DNA of 60,413 nt, the filler included, from Basidioascus undulatus (lineage: Eukaryota): assembly GCA_000826855.1 (NCBI GenBank). It is 8 parts of 8 records of this genome, joined end to end, with 100 filler letters (N's around TTAATTAATTAA, not from the genome) between each part and the next. Parts side by side here need not be neighbours in the genome. Positions count along the whole stretch, not along the records: positions 29,741 to 55,482 come from JTLS01000206.1; positions 55,583 to 60,413 come from JTLS01002060.1; 6 more parts are not named here. The stretch is one strand, 5' to 3'. Under the pieces are notes generated by a model, which was not told where the DNA came from, ran no database searches, and worked only from the letters and a program-made list of their open reading frames with translations. The translations under genes were made by a program, and so were the position numbers. Shown piece after piece: positions 47,200 through 59,297 of the stretch; position 1 is the first letter of the stretch; each line of letters begins with the position of its first letter.

Positions 47200-48066
47200 T
47201 CAATAGACTGTTATTCCACAGGTCAGTATTTCGCGAAAACAGAGAGACGGGAAATCGACGCACTCTCGTCATCATCGTCGACCTCGTCGTCCCCGCCGGC
47301 TGCCGCGCCCCCAGCTTCAGCCCCGCCCTGAGCGCTCGTACTGCCCTTCCGCGTTGTCGTCGCCGCTTGATGCTGCATTCGATGAAGACCTTGTGAGCCT
47401 TCCTCTCACACCCAATTCAACACCTTACCTGTGTCGACACGTACCGCTCTGAACTTCGCCAAGTAGATGCGGAGCGTCTCCGCGTAGTTCTCGAAACCGA
47501 GACTGGTCATGGCGAACACCAGGTCCTCGCCGTTGATCGTCTTGCGCTTCTCGACCATGCAGCGTTCTTGCGCCTCGGACGTGATGAAGCTGATGAACTC
47601 GGAGACGCACTCCTGCACGCACTCCTTAGCCTCCTTCGCGATCTTGGCGTTGTCCGGAAGACAGCGCTTCATGATGCGAGAGACGTTCGCGATCTACCGT
47701 CGCCCGTACAGTCACTCGCCTTTCAGCCTTCTCCATTCTCAACCGATGCAGGTAAATAAATCGGTGAAGACGCACCGGAAGGAACCTGTCCTGCTCCCTG
47801 TACTCGCCCAGCTCCGCCAACTCCGCCAGCTCCGCCAGCTCGGGTGCGGACAGCGGCACCGTCGAGTTCCCAATTGCTACGGGAGGTAATGAGCCCGCCG
47901 ATGCCCCTTCTCCTGCGTCGCCCTCGCCGAGGTCCATCGCCGCGCCTTCTGGTCGTTCCTCGCCGGCTGGCGCACCAGCGAGGGCGCCGTCGTCGTCGAC
48001 GAGGGAAGGGTCTACGTCAACCGGCGCGTCCATGTTCGGGTAGAATGTCGGCGGTGAGGATGCCAT
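47200..48066 (-). CDS. HAP3: CCAAT-binding factor subunit NF-YB (histone fold)
   Basis: [59 protein letters not shown]; the last exon is short (IY*). Confidence 0.95.
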
Positions 48067-48509
48067 GGATATATAAGGATTGGGAAAAATGTTGAGGGTA
48101 AGGGTGCAGCGGACGCGACGGCGGGAAGGCACCGCGTGCTTTCCCACGCTGCAGCAGCGCGGACGGCCGGACACCTGGCGGACATCCAGCGACCACTGCA
48201 ATCCGGCCATCGAGCACACGAAAGCGAAGTTCTTGTTTCTGGTGAGGTCGAACACCAGTGTGGAAGTCCAGAATACGTCGAATTCCCCGACATACTGGCA
48301 CGGCAGAGCAAAGCGGAGTGAAAAAAGAAGCAGGGAAATATATGTGCGAATCGTTATACAAGAACCATCTTTTCAGCTCAATGCTTTCGGTCGTCAAGCC
48401 GTGCGGATCCAGAGAGCAAGATCCCGAGGTTTCCGAACAAGAGAAAGCTGCGGAGCGACACGAGAGTCAGAAAAATGATGTTAAGTCGAAAGAAATTTGC
48501 ACTCACACT

Positions 48510-50054
48510 TCAAACCAAGGCACTATGGGCCAAACGCTCAGCGAGCTGGTCGAGAGCAGTCTGACTCGCCAGCGTCCAGCCGCCGTGACCCGGATCGTCC
48601 TGAGCGACATAGGATGAGCGTCGCGGCGCCGGGGCAGACTGATCGCGTGCGAAAGACGTCCGTCTGAAGCTGATCCGCCGTGCCGAGCCAGACTCGAGCA
48701 CGACGCGTGGCGACGGCGCGGGCATGGGCTTCGACAGCGACGTGAGCGCCTGGAGGGCGGAGAAGGACGCTTTCCCGGTCGGCGAAGTCGGAGGAGTGGG
48801 AGGTATCACGGCCTCGGCGCGCGAAGGAATGAGGTGAGGAAGTAGATGGGGCTCATCGCTTGGGCTGAGGGGGTCGCGGGCGACGGCGGCTGACCTCGAC
48901 CTTCCGCCCACGGGAAGACCCGACCAGCCCGCGAAGAGACTGTCCTCCGGCTCCTCCGGGATTTCGCCCATTGGGCTCGACGGGATTGACTGGCGGGAGC
49001 GCGGGGTGTGTGGATGGCTGGTCGCCATAACAGAAGCGGCGCGCTCGACAGCGGACGGCGGGTTGACCTCGCGCTCGTTCGGCGGCGTGACGTCGGTGCG
49101 CAAGAACGCGTTCGGGAACTCCTCGGTAAAGTCGAGCTCGTCCTCGACGACGTCCTCAGGTTCGGCAAAGTCGGCCGCGTCGACACCGAGGCAGAGGCTG
49201 AGCTTCTCCCACAGATGAGCGCTCTTCCGGCGGACGCTCAGCCGGGTCCGCAGGACCCACTCGCGATCGGCGAACTCGTCGCGGCCGGGGCCCGTCAGCC
49301 AAGCGAGGAGCTCGTTGAAGATCCAGCCCTCGGGCGAGCCGCTCGACCACGGCGGGAGCGAGCTGAAGCGGACCTCCTCGACATGCCCGTATGCGCGGGC
49401 GAGCGCGAGAAGGAGCCCCTCGTTCTGGTAGCCTTCGAGCAGCGCGCGCACTTCGGTCGAGCGGTCGGCGAAAGGAAGTAGGATCTCCGTGTCCTGCTCT
49501 TTGACCTTGACGTGCTCGAACTCGGTACACGGAGGCGGGCTGGAGCTGCGGTCGGCCGTTGGTGTGGGTATGGAGATGGAGCGACGACCGGTGTTGGGGT
49601 CTGGGGGTAGAGCAGAGTTGTGTGCGGCGGCCGCAAACTCGACGACCTTGTCCGGAAGAAGGGACGGGCAGAGAGGGGAGAGCGTGTGTAGGTTCGAAAG
49701 AGGCGAAAAGGGAGGCCCGGCCGGCGGATGCTGCGCCCGGCCATGAAGCGGCTGTGCGAAGCTGGTCCGACGGGTAGGGCTTTCGCCGTAGCTGCTCCTC
49801 CGCGAACGCGGCGTCGATCGAGCGTGGCCGTGATGGATCTCGAGATTGTCGCTCGCCGTGGGAGAACGCAGGAGCGTGAGGCGACTGAAGCCGGGCGTCT
49901 CTCCACCCGGTGGGCTGTGCGCCCAGGGATCAGGCGCGGCGAGAGAGCCTCGACGCGAAGGGGACGGCTTGGGTGGCGAGCGTGCGGGCGCGGACGCTGC
50001 ATTGGTTACGGAGATGTTGATCGGGGGAGGGATGGGACCGGAACGGTAGGACAT
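48510..50054 (-). CDS. Single-exon 514-aa Ser/Pro/Arg-rich hypothetical protein with a central ordered-looking domain
   Basis: Long ATG-initiated ORF with coding bias; central LLPFADRSTEVRALL...DREWV...LWEKLSLCLGV resembles a basidiomycete uncharacterised family (recall). Confidence 0.8.
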   Translation of the reverse strand: MSYRSGPIPPPINISVTNAASAPARSPPKPSPSRRGSLAAPDPWAHSPPGGETPGFSRLTLLRSPTASDNLEIHHGHARSTPRSRRSSYGESPTRRTSFAQPLHGRAQHPPAGPPFSPLSNLHTLSPLCPSLLPDKVVEFAAAAHNSALPPDPNTGRRSISIPTPTADRSSSPPPCTEFEHVKVKEQDTEILLPFADRSTEVRALLEGYQNEGLLLALARAYGHVEEVRFSSLPPWSSGSPEGWIFNELLAWLTGPGRDEFADREWVLRTRLSVRRKSAHLWEKLSLCLGVDAADFAEPEDVVEDELDFTEEFPNAFLRTDVTPPNEREVNPPSAVERAASVMATSHPHTPRSRQSIPSSPMGEIPEEPEDSLFAGWSGLPVGGRSRSAAVARDPLSPSDEPHLLPHLIPSRAEAVIPPTPPTSPTGKASFSALQALTSLSKPMPAPSPRVVLESGSARRISFRRTSFARDQSAPAPRRSSYVAQDDPGHGGWTLASQTALDQLAERLAHSALV

Positions 50055-51260
50055 GACGCGGCGATGCGGTGTGCTGCAACAGATGGTGCGTCAGGACACC
50101 TTCACGAAGAAATGAACACGACATAGACTCTGTGGTGCGTGACCACGTAGCATAGAAGGCTGCCGGCCCGCCATGCCCGGACCAGCGCCCGGAAGCAAGC
50201 ACCCAGATCACGGCAGCTGGCTCGTGCAACCGCTCACCTGGAAGACGGTAGACAGAGTTGATAGTGCGATATTTGATCGATAATAACGAATCGAGTACGA
50301 TGGTAGTCAGACGTGCACGACAAGGGCGAAGAGACGGTCAGGCATTCCCCTCGAGTATATTGGGACGGAAGCAGAGAATGTCAAGCATCGTCAAGGTTCG
50401 AAGGTCAGGCGGTTCGATAGCGTCAGCGAGCCCTGCCACAATTCTTGGACCTGCGAAGGTTCAGCAGATGAGAATGCGCAAAGCGAGAAGAGCACAGAAA
50501 TGGGACAGAGTAAGTGTGCCGGATGGGAATGGGAAGGAGGCAAGGGACGAGCGGGCAAATTGGTCCGCTCGAAGCGCCAACAGTTGAGCGTGTTGTTTGG
50601 CGTTCGTCTGCAGCCGGCTGACACACCTTCGCTTCTCTTTCGCCCTCGGAGGTTACTGCTTTCCCTCTTACGCAACAGATAAACCGCTCTGCAGGATAGC
50701 CAAGCTATACATTCGACGTCTGAAGATGAGGATATTTGTCTTGAGGGGCCGAGTACAGCGGCTTAACTCACCCATGCGTCAGTAGTCCCTCATCCTCATC
50801 AGGTCGTCACGCTTGACATGTACTTTTTGCCGCAAGTTGTCCATTTGGCATTCACTATCCCGGGAGAATACTTTTGACAAAGTAATGCTTCAGGCAGAGC
50901 ATTCAAGCAAAGTAGGCAAGGTGCAAGTCACGAGCCATAAAGATGGATAAACAAATCGCCGGGTATTACTAGCCAGACATACAAACCGATCAGTAGCACA
51001 CTATTAAGCGAACTGCCTGCAGTCTGTTGACTCTTCAACTTTCAGCCGTACACCGCCCAACCTTTCCACCGTACGAAGCCATATCATGGTCTGGTGACCT
51101 ACGGGTATCGCTGGCCGACCATGTTTGGACGGCTGGCTTGGCCGTCCGCCAGTCGTGAGTGGGAGTAGAAAAGGAGGGAGTGCGATTAGCGATCAGCGTT
51201 TTCTCCCTCAACGCTCAACGCCCACCTTCCAACACTCGATTCAACATCGACACAGCCACT

Positions 51261-53652
51261 ATGTCGCTCCTACTCCCTATAGCTGCCGCCATCGCGGCCC
51301 TTCTGGTCACGCTGCATTTTGCAACGCGCCGCCACCCTAAACTGCCTCCCGGCCCTCCTGGTACGTCCGCTGCTGAGAGGGTTCTTTCATGTAGGTGCAC
51401 ATACTGATCCTCGGCCATTGAAGGTCTTCCCATCGTGGGCAACCTCTTCGACCTCCCCAAATCAAGGCCATGGGTCAAGATGGAGGAGTGGACTCGCAAA
51501 TACGGTGCGACTTTACACACCCTCGAGCTGCGGTATGGCCATTTGTAACCCTTCGATGTTGTGCAGGGCCTATTTATTCGCTTAAGATGGGTACGACCAC
51601 CGTCATCGTCCTCGGGCGTGCCAAGCATGCCATTGACCTACTCGATAAGCGCTCTGCCATTTACTCCAGCCGTCCTCGCCTCGTCATGAGTGAGTCTTTC
51701 CTGCCCTGTAACCGGGAGTCGCCACAACAAATTCGCTTACACGATCCTGCCTCGCAGCCTCCGAGCTCGTTTCCCGCGGCCTTCGCATGACCTTCATGCC
51801 CTACGGCGACCTATGGCGCAACGAGCGCCGCCTCCTCCACCAGCTTACGAGCCCGAAAGCCTCCGCGGAGTACGAGCCGATCCAGGACATGGAGAGCGCG
51901 CAGCTCGTGCGCGACATGCTGGAGAAGCCGGCCGACTTCTGGGGGCACTGCCAGCGCTACGCTGGGTCGACCATCATGCAGATTGCATTCAACAAGCGGG
52001 CCCCTACCCCCCAGGACCCGGCTATCGTTGACGTAAGTTCATCCCGGTTGCGGATTTGCAGACATTCAGGAGTTTCTTGCTGAGCACTGCCTGTCCTCGC
52101 TTGCAGATGCGCCGCGTTAACGAGCTCATGACGCAAACTGCAGTGCCTGGACGTTACATCGGTAAGCGCTGGATCTCTATTCTGATCCATTCTTTTGCGA
52201 GAAACTCATACAGCTGTCTTCTCAGTGGACTCTATCCCGATTCTGAACCTCCTCCCCTCCTTCCTGGCCAGCTGGAAATGCGAGGCCGATGCCATCTTCC
52301 GCGACACTCTGAAGCTGTTCCAGAGCCACGTCGACAAGGTGCTTTTGCACCACTCCAGACACATCTACCCGAGCTTTTTATTTACTCACGCCGGCTAAAA
52401 TACAGGTGAGGCGCGACATGAAGGAGGGCAAGGACGCGCCCTGCTTTGCGAAGTACATTCTGGACCTGCAAGGTGCGCTACTTCTTCATTTCTTGACCTT
52501 AATATCAAAGCTTATAGTACTTTTTTCCCAGACCAGTACAAGCTCAAGGATAACGAGGCGACCTTCCTTGCCGGTGCCATGGTAAGCTTCGCCTTCCCAG
52601 CATCAAAGAGCGGAAGGCTGACGGCGCTGCGCACAGTATGGTGCCGGATCCGACACCACCGCTGATGCCATCTCCACTTTCCTGCTCACCATGACCGGTT
52701 TGTAACCCTGAGCCTACTCTCAAGTTCCCGAAGCGCTGCCTAACATTATACCTTGAATCAGCTCACCCTCACGTCCTGGCCAAGGCCCAAGAGGAGCTCG
52801 ACCGCGTTGTCGGCAAGTCGAAGAGTGCGTGTACTTGCCATTGGTTCACTTCGACTCTATTCTGAAGCAAGGTGTGCGGTCTCAGTGCCCGACTTCAGCG
52901 ACAAGGACTCTCTGCCATACTGCAACGCCATCGTCCGCGAAATCATGCGCTGGCGGACAGTCAGTGCGTCGCCGTATTCCTTTCCCTTTCCCACCATGGA
53001 ATACTTGCTCAACTCTTTCTCAACAGTTGCCGGTGGTCTCGCACACTCTACAATCCAGGACGATGTCTACGAGGACTACTTTATTCCCAAGGGCGCCACT
53101 GTTCTCGCCAACCATTGGGCGATCCACCTCGACCCGGAACTGTACCCCGCGCCGGAGACGTTCAAGCCGGAGCGGTTCATTGATGCGGAAGGCAAGTTGT
53201 GCGGCACTATTTATTCAGAGAGGGGACACCACGGCTGTGAGTACTTGTTCGTTTCTGCTGATCGGGTGCTCTAAGCCTGGAACCCGAAACTGACTGTCCC
53301 TTGCGTTCCAACACAGTTGGGTTCGGTCGGCGCATGTGAGCCTAGGAAAATAAGAAACTCATTCGTCAAGTACCCAACTGATCCCATTCTCCCTTGCAGC
53401 TGCCCCGGCCTGCACATCGCCGAGCGCTCGCTCTACATCGTCTTCGTGCGCATGATGTGGGCCGCCTCGATCCGGACAGCGCGGGACGTGCAGGGCAACG
53501 AGATCCCCGTGGACGTGAACGCCTACTCGGAGGGCTTCTCGTCCCACCCGCTCAAGTTCACTTGCGACATCAAGCCCCGGGAGGAGGAGATCTTGCGCGT
53601 CGTGAAGGCGGCGGTCGCAGAGAACGAGGTGGTCGCGGAGGCAGCGGCATGA
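51261..53652 (+). CDS. Cytochrome P450 monooxygenase (CYP64-clan-like)
   Basis: TM anchor then PPGPP|GLPIVGN; I-helix GAGSDTT, ExxR (EIMR), PERF, heme motif FGFGRRI|CPG split by an intron. Confidence 0.95.
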
Positions 53653-54045
53653 GTGTGAGAGTATCTTTGATGGCATAGAATGAATTGAATACGATATGGA
53701 AATTGCGAAGTCTGAATTACTGCTAGCATGGCGGGATTCAAGTGACGCACGCCGGTAGCGAGGTAAAACGAGTGCATGAAGGAAGTGACGTTGTGCTGGA
53801 ACCTGGCAGGAGACTTATAAACCATGTGCGAGTTCTACGAGTTTTGGTGTCGTCCGCAGCGAATGTTTACATCGGTATCTACGTGTTACTCTCCGAATGT
53901 ATTCAGATCTCGGAAGGCAAGAACGGTCCTTTCACAACACAATGAAGTTCCGACTCACCTGGACTCATGCTGTCTCAACTCCCAGCCTTCTCAGCATTGA
54001 CTATCATCTACAACACGCACTCTCTCACTCACTTACCAGCGCTCA

Positions 54046-54643
54046 TGGCAGTGCAGCAAGTATCCCCATGGTCCAGCTCCAAAAAGCGGCCCACATTGGG
54101 CGCCCCGAGGAGCCCGACAGTACCTGGCAGTCCCCCACCACAGCCCCCACAGCGTCCACAGCGTCCACGGCCCGCGCAGCAGACCGTCGTCCATGAGCTA
54201 GCTCGAAACATCGAGGAGGTGATCTCGCAGCTGGATTGCCTCAGGGCCCGCGTCGGCCTCATCTTCGCCGACACGTGCTCAACCTACAGCGCCGTCCTGC
54301 ACCGCGCCGCGAGCCCCGTGATGGACCTGCGGTGCTGCACGGGTGCGTGACCGACGACGGCGCAGATCGCTGCGCACCGTCCGTGCGGTGGCTGGGGAGT
54401 GGGACATTCTGCCTCTGCATTATGTCTCGACCGAGTTTGGGATAGGGCCGGAGGAACTGGGGCGGCTGAGGAGGAAGGTGAGTAGTTGTCCCCTTCCTGA
54501 ATCCTGCGTACAAGCTCGCTCAATGCGGAAGATGTACAGGCTCCACGATCCCTCGTCGTCATCCAAGTCGCCTCCGCGGAGCAGCTTGCGGGCTGGATCC
54601 GCGCGCTCGAACCTGGCGAGCTCGTCGACGAGTTCGACAATTA
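54046..54643 (+). pseudogene. Possible decayed hypothetical gene
   Basis: Coding-like segments in three successive frames (…HELARNIEEVISQLD…, AVLHGCVTDD, LRTVRAVAGEWDILPLHYV…) plus one canonical intron (54478-54539). Confidence 0.3.
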
Positions 54644-55196
54644 ATGGCAAGTTGATGGGGCGGTACGATTACAGGGTGTACCATGCGGGACTGTTCCGGC
54701 TGGTGTTTGACTTTGGGGGAGGAGGGGAGGGCTTGAAACTGTCGGCGTCTGTGCTGCTGCAGTGGACATTGCATTTACGGGGACATGTTCCTGTCGTTTG
54801 GTCTGCTTGTTATTGCGCTGTTCGAGCATTCCAAGGATGCAAAGGGGTATATTGCAGCCTGTGAGTAGATTGGGTGTCCACGGAAGAGAGGTGATTTGTG
54901 CGAGTCGTGTGAACGCACAGCATGATCCAGTATAGAGCCTCAGATAAACTCGCATAGTTGGGAGCAAGCGCGATGGCTGGACGGAAACGTCGGGAACGAT
55001 ATGCCCGACGTGAGTCCGTCAGCCGGACGGATGATTGAGCATCGCCAGTACGCCGTATCGATCAAGCGAGGCTATGAAGCCGAGGAGAGTACGTAACACG
55101 GACATCGTCAGTCCGTCCGCTTTTGTCTGCCTCAGAATCCAAACCCATTCCTCAGTCACCGAGTGATATGCTGTCAATCCATGCTACCCCCGTCCT

Positions 55197-55460
55197 CTAC
55201 GCCTCCGCCCTCCTCCCCTCGCCCTTCTCCGCGCGCCTCCGTCCGCGCGCAGCATTCACCACCCCCTCCGGCACGTCGTCCGTGAAGCGGAGGAAGGGGA
55301 GAACGTGGCGCTCAAAGACGGTATGCGAGACGGCGCCGCCGTGCGCGTGGTGGATCGCGCCCAGGACGGCCTCGACCGTCGCGCCGCGCACTTTGAAGAG
55401 CCCTGAGCGCACGCCCAGGTCGTGGTCGGAGGTCGCTTCGGAAAGGGAGGAGGGCTGTGG
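55197..55460 (-). CDS. C-terminal part of an RNase III-like protein, probably mitochondrial ribosomal protein mL57
   Basis: GLFKVRGATVEAVLGAIHHAHGGAVSHTVFERHVLP (RNase III-like helix); 5' end off contig. Confidence 0.65.
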   Translation of the reverse strand, partial: PQPSSLSEATSDHDLGVRSGLFKVRGATVEAVLGAIHHAHGGAVSHTVFERHVLPFLRFTDDVPEGVVNAARGRRRAEKGEGRRAEA

Positions 55461-55482
55461 GGTGGGAGAATGGAGGAGGAGG

Positions 55483-55582
55483 NNNNNNNNNNNNNNNNNN
55501 NNNNNNNNNNNNNNNNNNNNNNNNNNTTAATTAATTAANNNNNNNNNNNNNNNNNNNNNNNNNNNNNNNNNNNNNNNNNNNN
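55483..55582. other. Artificial contig-joining spacer
   Basis: N44-TTAATTAATTAA-N44. Confidence 0.98.
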
Positions 55583-58042
55583 GTGCGCGCCCGCCGGGGG
55601 CGGCGCGTCCGCGGGCAGGACGAGCAGCCCTGTGGTCGGGTCCGTCGGGGGGGGGAGGGGGAGGGGGAAGATGCGTACTTGGATGTGGTGCCCGATGAGA
55701 AGGGGTTCAACCACCTCGCGCTATTCTCTCCGAGCGGGGCGGAGAAACCGGTCTGGCTTACGAGGGGCGGGTGGGAGGTGGAGAGCATGCTGGGCGTCGA
55801 TCGGGTGAAGGGGGTTGTGTACGTCCCTTCCCTTATCCCTTCTCTTCCTTCCATTTTCCATCCTCCGCTTCTCCTTCCCTCAAAGGACATTCGTAGCTGA
55901 ACATTTCACTCCCCCCAGCTATTTCTGCGCCGCCCACCCCACGCCCCTCGACCGCCACATCCTCTCCATCCCCCTGCCCTCCCCGCTCTCCTCCGCTTCC
56001 ACCGCGCCCCTCCCCGCGCCCACGGCCCTCACGGACGTCGCGCACCGCGCGGTGTACGGCGCGAGCTTCTCCCCGCGCGCGGGGTGGTACGTCCTTAGCT
56101 ACGAGGGGCCGGACGTGCCGTGGCAGAGGGTCGTGAAGATCGGGGACGGTGAGTTGTCGGTCTGGGTGTTGGAGTGGGAGGAGGGAGGAAGCTGATGTGG
56201 GGAGGTTGGTGGGGTGGACAGGCGGGAAAGAGGAGGAGGGATTCGTGCTTGAGGATAATAGGAAGCTGAACGAGACGAGCGCGAGCTATGAGAGTCCGCT
56301 GGTGGTGCGGACGACTGTGGTGGTGGACGGGTTCGGTGCGTCTTCCGCCGCTTTCCCTTCCCCGACGTCTTTGAAGATACGGTAGCTGACGAGTGCTCCG
56401 AGGGGGAACAGAGCTCCAGGCGATGGAGATCCGCCCGCCGGGCATGGACGATACCGGCCGACGAAAATGTGCATCGTGTCCCCTCCTTCCTCGCTTCCTC
56501 TAACGAACAAGAGCAACAAACAAAGAGAAAGAAGAAACTGATGTGCGTTGTTACGAACAGACCCCGTCCTGTTCCGCGTCTACGGCGGACCAGGCTCGCA
56601 GCTCGTCTCTTTGCAGTTCGCGCGTGACTGGCGTGCGTCTTTTTCTCTTCCTTTCACTTCCCCCTTACCTCTTCCCTCGCATCTCCATAACTGATTGTCC
56701 CACGGGCTTGGGGGAATAGACCACTATCTCGCGTGCACGCTCAAAGTGCGTTTTATCCCTTCTCCCGCCTTGCTTTCCTTAAATCAGTTTGTCCGATGTG
56801 TTGAATTGTGCTTGACCGCGCAGTACATCGTAGTTGTCGTCGACGGACGCGGGACGGGTTATGCCGGCCGGCACCTGCGGAACCAGGTTGCGGGCCAGCT
56901 CGGCACGTGGGAGGTTCATGATCAGGTTGAGACGGCGAGGGAGTGGGCGAGGAAGAAGGTCAGCACTGTCCCCTTTCTCCTACGCCTTCCCCTTCCCTTT
57001 TCCTTCTCCTTTTCCCTCTTCTGATTGCGCGATGGCTGACGGGGATGCTTTGGGACAGTATGTGGATGCGAAGAAGATTGGAATCTGGGGCTGGGTGCGT
57101 CGTCCGGAAGTTGTTGGGGTTAGGCAGTGTGGCTGATTCGGGTGGGACAGTCGTATGGCGGGTACATGACGACTAAGACGCTCGAGGCAAACTCGGGCAT
57201 CTTCTCGCTCGGTATCGCTGTTGCCGTGTGTGCTCTCTTCCCTCTCGCCCGTGCTTCCCCTGCCGTCTTTGCTCACATTCTCCTATCGTCTTCCACCCAC
57301 TGTCATTCTCCATTCCCCCACTCCTCTCTGCACCTCCTTCCCTCCGCTCCTTCCCCACCATTCACTCCCAACCTCCTCTTCCCTTCCCATCGCGCCGTCC
57401 GCTGACCCACCTCTCCCCTTCATTAGCCTGTGACCGACTGGGCGCTCTACGACTCGATCTACACTGAGCGGTACATGTCCACGCCCGCGCTCAACGCGGA
57501 TGGGTACGCGACGTCTGCCGTGCATAACGTGACGGGCTTCAAGGACGTCGACTTTGCGCTCGCGCATGGGAGCGGGGACGACAATGGTTTGTCCCTCTTC
57601 TGCCAAGACTTATTTCGTTTATTTATGGATGGAAGTGGACTGACTTGGCGGGTTGGGGGGGTGCCACGAAACAGTTCACTACGGTACGTTCTGATATTGC
57701 GCTTTGGTGGAAAAGTCAGGAAAAGTCAGGCTGATCGCGCGCTGGGACGGCTTCGCTCTGCAGCCCACACCGCGCACCTCCTGGACCTCCTGACGTTCAA
57801 CCAAATCCGCAACTTCCGATTTCGGATGTTCACCGACTCGGACCACTCCATTTCGAAACGGGTGCGTGTTTCCCTGCGGGCGTCTCCGTCTCGTCGGTGT
57901 TTACCAGTCGACTTCTCTGACGCTGCTTGTCCGTTCGTGCGCGAAACAGGGAGCGTATCGCGAGTTGCACGAGTGGATGACCCAGTTTTTGGAGGAGAAG
58001 TGGGGACGCGGTGGGAAGCGAAGAGGAGGGAGGGCAGGTTGA
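55583..58042 (+). CDS. Dipeptidyl aminopeptidase IV family (S9B; DAP2/STE13-like), 5' end truncated by the contig start
   Basis: [36 protein letters not shown], catalytic [33 protein letters not shown]. Confidence 0.95.
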
Positions 58043-58303
58043 GATGTGCTGGTAGATGCCTGAATTTGCTTTTCGATGCTGCAGAGCTTGCGGGGTTTGG
58101 CTGTGCGCGTGTGCAGTAACGTTTGCTCGTAAGAGCGTCCTCGGTGCTCGGGCCGCCATCAACTCGCAAATGTGCACTCAAATGGAGGAAGAATATAAAG
58201 AGCGCGATATGCAGGGAATCCAATGATACAAGCATCGAAGTGAAACATAACACATGCCGAACAAAACGAAACATGAAAAGAGGAACAGCGAAACCTCCCG
58301 AGG

Positions 58304-59297
58304 TTATTGCCCGCCGTAGTACCCGCCCGCGGGCATGCCCCACGGAGTCGGCCTTGGCGGGGGGGCGCCGAGGGGGGCGAATGGGTCGAATGTATGCTGC
58401 GGCTGCTGCCCCGGCTGATAGGGCAGTGCGCTGAGCCCGACGCCGATGGGGAGCGCGTCCGGGTCGGGCGGCGCGTATGGCGGCTGGGGAAACGACGGTG
58501 CTGGCTTTGGGGCGGGCGCGGGCATCGCTAACGGCAGCGCATGGTGCTGCTGCTGCTGCTGGGGCGGCGGCATCGGAGCTGGCTGAGGAGGTGGTGCCTT
58601 CGGCTGCTGCTGCTTCTGCTGCACGGATCGTTGTTGCTGCACTTGCGACTTGGAGTTGGTCCCCGGTGCGGAGCCGTGTGTCGCAGTAGCGGCCGCCTTC
58701 TCCGCCGCGAGCTCCTTCTTGGTCTTCTTCTTCGGCTTGGGCGGTGCGTCCCCGCCTGCGCCCGCCGCGTTGTTGTTGCTGTCGGCTTTCCGTTTCTTGG
58801 GCGGGGGCTTGGGCTTCGGGCTCGGCGCAACGCCCCCGGGGGAGGAGGGCGGGAGCTGCGGGTTGCTGAGCGGGGTGGGGACGGCGCTGGCGGGCTGGGA
58901 GGGCTCGGCAGGCGGGGGGGCAGCCGCCCCAGCCGCCGCGGAGGAGGACGTGGACGCGCCCGCTTGGGACGCGTCCGCGGAGGTGGAGGGGTTCCTGGAC
59001 TTGTTGCGGTACTCTGCGAGCCAGGATAGTCGGGAGAAGCTTGGCGCGGTAACCGCAAGCACAAGTGTCAGTCCAAACAGCGGGGTGAGGGCGCGGGGAG
59101 GTGTGGAGGTAAGATGGATGGACGAACTTGGGGACCCAGCCAACGCGTCCCTCCTTGCCGTCCCACATGCGCATGACGCGCTCCCGCCGCTCGATCTCGC
59201 GCGCCTCCGCCTCGTCCTCGCACCGCCGCTTGGTGGGCTTCGGGAAGCGCGCGGCGCCCAGCATGGCGTTTGCTACTCGCGCGGCTTGCGGATCGGG
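58304..59297 (-). pseudogene. 3' half of a Spt20-like (SAGA subunit) gene lacking its 5' half
   Basis: PDPQAARVANAMLG..KPTKRR..ERRERVMRMWD..P|NFSRLSWLAEYR followed by a K/Q/P-rich tail; canonical intron ~59040-59127. Family assignment from recall. Confidence 0.5.

Noticed and set aside
47805..47841. 9-bp tandem repeat encoding [12 protein letters not shown] in HAP3
   Set aside because: Ordinary coding microsatellite-type expansion in a variable N-terminal region.
33584..53652. Secondary-metabolite cluster (decarboxylase + MFS + GNAT + PQ-loop + P450)
   Set aside because: No backbone synthase; the genes are interleaved with housekeeping NAT1 and HAP3, and GAD1 looks like the canonical enzyme.
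19885..58042. Two S9 peptidases in one window as a peptidase cluster
   Set aside because: They lie on different, unlinked contigs.
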